Of a stretch of 63,345 nt of DNA, positions 58,435 through 63,345 are shown one piece after another. This DNA comes from Gemmatimonadaceae bacterium (lineage in GTDB: Bacteria > Gemmatimonadota > Gemmatimonadetes > Gemmatimonadales > Gemmatimonadaceae), in contig JBKJQR010000279.1 of assembly GCA_046593895.1 (NCBI GenBank), positions 1 through 63,345 on the forward strand. Direction: 5' to 3'. The position numbers were made by a program, and so were the translations under genes. The notes under the pieces were generated by a model, which did no database searches, was not told the DNA's origin, and saw only the letters and a list, made by a program, of their open reading frames with translations. The stretch's first letter is position 1, and the number at the start of each line of letters is the position of its first letter.

Positions 58435-59349
58435 ATGAAAGCCAACTCGATTCTCGACACCATCGGCAACACGCCACACGTCAGGCTGAGCCGGCTTTTT
58501 CCAAAGAACGAAGTGTGGATGAAGCTCGAGCGCGCGAATCCCGGCGGAAGCATCAAGGACCGCATCGGCTTCGCGATGATCGAAGACGCCGAGCGCCGCG
58601 GAGTCCTCAAGCCGGGGATGACGATCATCGAACCGACGTCGGGCAACACCGGCATCGGGCTGGCGATGACCGCGGTGGTCAAGGGATACAAGCTGATCCT
58701 GGTGATGCCCGAGTCGATGTCCGTCGAGCGACGACGGATTCTCGCGGCGTACGGCGCGCGCGTCGAGCTGACGCCGCGCGAAGGCGGAATCAAGGCATCG
58801 ATCGCCCGCGCCGAAGAGCTGATTGCCAGCACGCCGGGGTCGTGGATGCCACAGCAGTTCGAGAATCCGGCCAACATCGCGATCCACAGATCGACGACGG
58901 CCGAGGAGATCCTGCGCGATTTCCCCGAGGGACTCGACTACCTGATCACCGGAGTCGGCACCGGCGGGCACATCACGGGCGTCGGCGAGGTGCTCAAGAA
59001 AGCGATGCCGAAGCTCAAGGTACTCGCCGTCGAGCCGGCGAAATCGGCGGTGCTCAACGGCGGCCAGCACAGCCCACACAAGCTCCAGGGGATCGGAACC
59101 GGCATGATCCCGGCGAACCTCGACCGCGCGGTGCTCGACGGGGCGGTGGACGTGAGCGAGGAAGATGCGTTCGCCTGGGCGGTCCGCGCGGCGAAGGAAG
59201 AGGCAATCTTCATCGGTCCATCATCGGGGGCATCGCTGGCGGCGGTCGCGCAGACGCTGCCTAACGTTCCAGCGGACAGCCGGATCCTCACCTTCTGCTA
59301 CGACACCGGCGAGCGCTATCTCTCGGTTGACGGCCTGTTCGTCGCCTGA
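58435..59349 (+). CDS. cysK: Cysteine synthase A (O-acetylserine sulfhydrylase)
   Basis: Trimmed to ATG 58435. [12 protein letters not shown]-lysine context [21 protein letters not shown] and [10 protein letters not shown]. Confidence 0.9.
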   Translation: MKANSILDTIGNTPHVRLSRLFPKNEVWMKLERANPGGSIKDRIGFAMIEDAERRGVLKPGMTIIEPTSGNTGIGLAMTAVVKGYKLILVMPESMSVERRRILAAYGARVELTPREGGIKASIARAEELIASTPGSWMPQQFENPANIAIHRSTTAEEILRDFPEGLDYLITGVGTGGHITGVGEVLKKAMPKLKVLAVEPAKSAVLNGGQHSPHKLQGIGTGMIPANLDRAVLDGAVDVSEEDAFAWAVRAAKEEAIFIGPSSGASLAAVAQTLPNVPADSRILTFCYDTGERYLSVDGLFVA

Positions 59350-59463
59350 TCGTCCCGTTCACTCGAGTATCTTGCACTACCGGCCCGAATTCGTCGGGCG
59401 GATCTGGGCGTGCGCGGAATGGCAACCGCCGCGGCGCCGTCACTCTACCGGAGAGGTTCCAGC

Positions 59464-60516
59464 ATGAAGCCGATCGCGATCTACCACGAGCACCCCGACT
59501 GGTTCCGCCCGCTCTTCGCTGAGCTCGACCGTCGCCAGCTCCCCTACGTACGCCTTGACGCATCCGCGCACGCGTACGACCCCGCCGAGAGCGAAGTCCC
59601 CTGGTCCGTTGTCGTGAACCGCGCTTCGCCGTCGGCGTACCTCCGCGGCCACGCGCAGTCCACTTTCCATACGCTCAACTTCCTGCGCCACCTCGAGCGG
59701 CTCGGCGTGCCCGTCATCAACGGGTCGAAGCCGTACGAGACCGAGATCTCCAAGGCGCTGCAGCTCGACATCCTCACCTCGCTCGGCCTGCCATTCCCGA
59801 AGAGCTTCGTCGTCAACTCGGCCGAACGCGTCGCCGAGGCGGCGTCGAAGCTTCGCTATCCGGTGCTGGTGAAGGCGAACATCGGTGGCAGCGGCGCCGG
59901 CATCGTGAAGTATGACGACAAGGCCGCGCTGCGCGACGCACTGGCCGCAGGCCGCCTGACGTTAGGCATCGACGGGGTGGCGCTCGTCCAGGAGGCGGCT
60001 CCGCTCCGCGATGGGCACATCACCCGCGTCGAGCTCCTCGGCGGAAAGTTTCTCTACGCGATCGACGTCTTCCCGGCCGCGGGCTCGTTCGACCTCTGCC
60101 CGGCTGACATCTGCCAGACGACGCGCGGCGAATCGCTCGCTCGCGCCGCCTGCGCGATCGATGCTCCGAAGAACGGGATGACTGTCGAGGGCGCAACGCC
60201 GCCGGCCGCGATCATCGCCGGCGCCGAGCGCATCGCGCAGGCGATCGGTCTCGACATCGGCGGGATCGAGTACCTCGTCGACGATCGCGACGGCAAGCAC
60301 TACTTCTACGACGTGAATGCGTTGTCGAACTTCGTCGCCGACGCGCCGCGCGTGATCGGCTTCGACCCCTGGCAGCCGTTCGTCGACTTCATCGAAGCGC
60401 GGGCCGGTGCACGTCCAACGCCGCGGCGAAGCAGCGCGAGTGGCATGTCCCGCGTCTCGCACGAGCCGGCGTCGAGCGGTGCGTACGCCGCGGCGCGCGC
60501 CCGCGGGGAGGAGTGA
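59464..60516 (+). CDS. ATP-grasp (RimK-like) ligase family protein
   Basis: Trimmed to ATG 59464. ATP-grasp core YPVLVKANIGGSGAGIV...ALVQE...GGIEYLVDDRDGKHYFYDVNALSNF. Confidence 0.8.
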   Translation: MKPIAIYHEHPDWFRPLFAELDRRQLPYVRLDASAHAYDPAESEVPWSVVVNRASPSAYLRGHAQSTFHTLNFLRHLERLGVPVINGSKPYETEISKALQLDILTSLGLPFPKSFVVNSAERVAEAASKLRYPVLVKANIGGSGAGIVKYDDKAALRDALAAGRLTLGIDGVALVQEAAPLRDGHITRVELLGGKFLYAIDVFPAAGSFDLCPADICQTTRGESLARAACAIDAPKNGMTVEGATPPAAIIAGAERIAQAIGLDIGGIEYLVDDRDGKHYFYDVNALSNFVADAPRVIGFDPWQPFVDFIEARAGARPTPRRSSASGMSRVSHEPASSGAYAAARARGEE

Positions 60517-61571
60517 CCGTGAGCGACAAGCTTCGCTACGGCTACTGGCTCCCCGTGTTCGGGGGCTGGCTGCGCAACGTGCCCGACGAAGGGATGGATG
60601 CGTCGTGGGAGTACGTGAAGCGGCTCGCCCAGCGCAGCGAGCAGCTGGGCTACGATCTCACGCTCATCGCCGAGCTCTTTCTCAACGACATCAAGGGAAT
60701 CGACGCGCCCTCGCTTGACGCCTGGAGCACAGCGGCCGCACTGGCCGCGGTGACCGAGACGCTCGAGCTGATGGTCGCGGTCCGTCCGACCTTTCACAAC
60801 CCCGCGATCCTCGCGAAGCAGGCGGCGAACATCGACCGCATCGCGAACGGGCGACTGTCGCTCAACGTCGTCTCGAGCTGGTGGAAGGACGAGGCGCGCC
60901 GTTATGGCGTCCGCTTCGACGAGCACGACGACCGCTATGCGCGCACCGCCGAGTGGCTGACGGTGCTCGATGGCGCCTGGACGCAGCGCGAGTTCTCGCA
61001 CCGTGGCGAGTACTACGAGGTGAACGAGACGATTCTCGAGCCGAAGCCGCTGCGCCGTCCACGGCCGACGATCTACGCCGGCGGGGAGAGCGAGACCGCA
61101 AAGAATCTGATCGCGACGCGCTGCGATGCGTATGTGATGCACGGCGATCCGCCGGAGCGGATCGCCGCCAAGATCTCCGACATGCGCCGCCGCCGTGAGG
61201 CGGCCGGGCTGCCGGAGATGGAATACGGTGTCGCCGCGTACACGATCGTCCGTGACAGCGAGCGTGAGGCAAAGCGCGAACTCGAGCGGATCACCAACGT
61301 GACGCCCGGCTCGCCGGGCTATGGAAACTATCAGGACTGGATCGCCAACACGCAGCTCGAGTCGCGTGTCACGCTCGAAGATTACTCGGTGTCCAACCGC
61401 GGCCTGCGTGCGGGGCTCGTCGGCACCCCGGAGCAGGTGGCCGAGCAGGTGCAGGCGTTCGAGGATGCCGGCGTCGGGCTGCTGTTGCTGCAATGCAGCC
61501 CGCAGATCGAGGAGATGGAGCGATTCTCGGAAGCGGTGATCCGTCCGCTGGCGTCGGTCGGGGCTGCCTGA
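60513..61571 (+). CDS. Luciferase-like (LLM class) flavin-dependent monooxygenase, SfnG-like
   Basis: GTGA overlap with the ATP-grasp stop. N-terminal YGYWLPVFGGWLRNV and RLSLNVVSSWW resemble the SfnG/dimethylsulfone monooxygenase subgroup. Confidence 0.8.
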   Translation: MTVSDKLRYGYWLPVFGGWLRNVPDEGMDASWEYVKRLAQRSEQLGYDLTLIAELFLNDIKGIDAPSLDAWSTAAALAAVTETLELMVAVRPTFHNPAILAKQAANIDRIANGRLSLNVVSSWWKDEARRYGVRFDEHDDRYARTAEWLTVLDGAWTQREFSHRGEYYEVNETILEPKPLRRPRPTIYAGGESETAKNLIATRCDAYVMHGDPPERIAAKISDMRRRREAAGLPEMEYGVAAYTIVRDSEREAKRELERITNVTPGSPGYGNYQDWIANTQLESRVTLEDYSVSNRGLRAGLVGTPEQVAEQVQAFEDAGVGLLLLQCSPQIEEMERFSEAVIRPLASVGAA

Positions 61572-61590
61572 CGCTCGCTTCCGGTGATCG

Positions 61591-62052
61591 ATGCCTGACA
61601 GTTATCGCCTAACGCTGGAGACTGCGCCGGAGCCCGCCGAGGAGCAGGTGGTCCTCGACGGGCTCCGCGCCTTCAACGTCGCGGTGATCGGTCCGCCGAA
61701 CATCCGGCCGGTAGCGGTGTTCGTCCGCGACGATGCTGGCGATGTCAGCGGCGGGTTGCTCGGCGAGATCAAGTGGCGCTGGCTGTACGTGGACAAGCTC
61801 TGGCTGCCGAAAACGCTGCGCGGGTCGGGCATGGGCACGAAGCTGATGCGCATCGTCGAGCAGCACGCCTGGGCCGAGGACTGTCTTGGTGTGCACCTGA
61901 GCACCTTCGAGTATCAGGCGCTGCCATTCTATCAGAAGCTGGGATACGAGCTGTTCGGGACGTTCGACGGATTTCCGCCGGGGTACAAGCAGTTCTACCT
62001 GAAGAAGGAGCGGCCGGCGGGCGCCGAATTAAACACAAAGGCTACTAAATAA
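61591..62052 (+). CDS. GNAT-family N-acetyltransferase
   Basis: Acetyl-CoA binding motif LRGSGMGTKLMRIVEQHA. 153 aa. Confidence 0.85.
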   Translation: MPDSYRLTLETAPEPAEEQVVLDGLRAFNVAVIGPPNIRPVAVFVRDDAGDVSGGLLGEIKWRWLYVDKLWLPKTLRGSGMGTKLMRIVEQHAWAEDCLGVHLSTFEYQALPFYQKLGYELFGTFDGFPPGYKQFYLKKERPAGAELNTKATK

Positions 62053-62342
62053 CCACGGAGCACTGCCGTGGCGCACTTGAGCTCGCGGTCGCTGGCGGGC
62101 AAAAGCATTATTGGGCGTACGGCGAGATGGATTCGCCCCGCTTGCCCCCAGGCAGTTCGAGATCCGCCACCCCGACCCCATCCCTCGCGGCATTTCTCTG
62201 TGGTTCAATGTCGTTGCGGTCGGGCAGATCTTTTGACAAGCTCTCCCTCCGGCCACGCGCTATCAGCTGATCGCCGCCGTTCTCGCCCACGGAACGATCC
62301 TCGCACTCCTCACACTCCTCGACGACCCCCAAGGGGAATTCC

Positions 62343-63345
62343 TTGAAAAGAGCAGTTCAGCACGGAGCCTCGACACGGCGACGGATCGGTCTCGCGGTGC
62401 GGTTACTCATCGCGATCTCGGTCTGTGGAGCCGCCGCCTGCGTTCGCACGCGAACGAAGATCATCGAACCGCTGACCACCACCGCGACGGAATCGATGCC
62501 GGTCGTCACGGAGCCGGAGAGTGCGCGCCGTGAGGCTGAGGGACCGACCGCGCTCCGGATGCATGGGGTGGATCTCCGCGTCGCGCCCGGTGTCGTGCTG
62601 CACGTCAGGCAGCTCGAGGGCGAGATCGCGAGCCTGACTCCGGGCCAGCCGGTGATCCTCGAGGACAAGCGATCGTACGTCATCCGGATCGGAACCGCCG
62701 ATGCCGGGCTGACGACGGAGGACCTGAGTCGCGTACTCAACCGCAACGTGTTCGCGTACGAGAAGACCCCGCTCAGTGACATCAAGTTGACCGCGACGGG
62801 TAGCAAGCTTCGACTGCGCGCGACGCTGCACAAGGGAGGCGACGTCCCCGTCGAGATCATCGGCGACGTATCCGCGACGGCGGAGGGTGAGGTGCGGGTG
62901 CGCCCGACGTCAATCAAGGTCGCAAGAATTCCAGCTGGCCCGGTTCTCCGGCTCGTCGGGCTCAAGCTGGACAAGCTGGTCAGCCTGCGCGGTGCGCGGG
63001 GGGCACGGCTCAAGGGAAACGACATCTTTCTGCAGCCGGACAGCATCCTGCCGCCGCCGCGCATTCATGGGCATGTCACGCACGTCCGGGTCGAGGGCGA
63101 CGAGCTGCGCCTGACGTTTGCCGAGCCGTCAGGCAAACCGATCGCGCCGATCGCCGCTGCCGCGGACGCCCCGCCCGACACGTCAGGCAACTATCTCTAC
63201 TTCAGGAAAGGGACGCTTCGGATCGGAAAACTGTTCATGGTCCACGCCGATCTCGAGATCATGGACGCGAACCCGGCTGACCCGTTCGACTTCAGCGCCG
63301 ATGATTTTCCGAAGCAGCTCGTCGCCGGCTACGTGAAGAACACGG
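62343..63345 (+). CDS. Lipoprotein of unknown function, 3-prime partial (runs off the window)
   Basis: Not in the supplied ORF track because it has no stop. My translation from TTG 62343 gives LKRAVQHGASTRRRIGLAVRLLIAISVCGAAAC... and stays open for 334 codons with gene-like codon usage. The antisense ORF 62357..63064 is a shadow ORF. Confidence 0.6.
   Translation, partial: MKRAVQHGASTRRRIGLAVRLLIAISVCGAAACVRTRTKIIEPLTTTATESMPVVTEPESARREAEGPTALRMHGVDLRVAPGVVLHVRQLEGEIASLTPGQPVILEDKRSYVIRIGTADAGLTTEDLSRVLNRNVFAYEKTPLSDIKLTATGSKLRLRATLHKGGDVPVEIIGDVSATAEGEVRVRPTSIKVARIPAGPVLRLVGLKLDKLVSLRGARGARLKGNDIFLQPDSILPPPRIHGHVTHVRVEGDELRLTFAEPSGKPIAPIAAAADAPPDTSGNYLYFRKGTLRIGKLFMVHADLEIMDANPADPFDFSADDFPKQLVAGYVKNT

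Noticed and set aside
62120-62180. A tRNA-like T-loop string (GGCAGTTCGAGATCCGCC) in the 290-bp gap after the GNAT gene.
   Set aside because: I could not fold flanking sequence into acceptor, D or anticodon arms, and the putative T-stem does not pair. There is no support for a tRNA or tmRNA.
62357-63064. The 235-aa minus-strand ORF at the right end of the window.
   Set aside because: It is Ser/Arg/Thr/Pro-rich and lies antisense to an open + frame with gene-like codon usage and a lipoprotein signal. I treat it as a shadow ORF.

Overview
This is a high-GC (about 68-70% by eye) chromosomal segment from a diderm bacterium, judged from two TolC genes, an RND pump, a MacB-type permease and an Omp85-like barrel. 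Any lineage guess, such as Gemmatimonadota-like, is inference only. I call about 56 protein-coding genes. I saw no rRNA, tRNA, CRISPR array, transposase or integrase. The gene blocks, left to right, are as follows. (1) An orphan receiver, an HtrA protease, a CDF transporter and a sensor kinase. (2) A leaderless MarR-DoxX-dioxygenase (Mhq-like) operon. (3) A translationally coupled Wsp-like chemosensory operon (CheW, CheR-TPR, CheW, MCP, CheA-REC, CheB) that ends in a REC-GAF-histidine kinase instead of a diguanylate cyclase. (4) Assorted housekeeping genes: a truncated acyl-CoA-synthetase-like gene, UbiB, HAD hydrolases, an M23 peptidase, a stand-alone ATP-dependent ligase and a metallophosphoesterase. 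(5) TetR-TolC-MFP-RND. (6) ECF sigma, anti-sigma, CpxP-like protein, TolC, MFP and MacB-type permease. (7) A roughly 9.1 kb lower-GC defence island (42.4-51.6 kb). It holds a Type I R-M system whose hsdM is separated from hsdR-hsdS by mrr, an orphan HTH gene, and a divergent pair made of a DUF3800 gene and an unknown gene. (8) A decarboxylase, an M20 peptidase, an ADH, an Omp85-like OMP, and cysK-ATP-grasp-LLM-GNAT. The strongest signal is at the DNA level. The non-palindromic octamer CGTYAGGC/GCCTRACG occurs about 95 times (about 1 per 0.67 kb, against about 7 expected from base composition). It occurs in both orientations and in almost every gene. Inside genes it is written with otherwise rare TTA, TCA and CCT codons. 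It also forms phased arrays, palindromic dimers and a terminator hairpin, and it supplies several stop codons. This behaviour resembles DNA-uptake-sequence or protein half-site words. I do not recognise the word as a described element.
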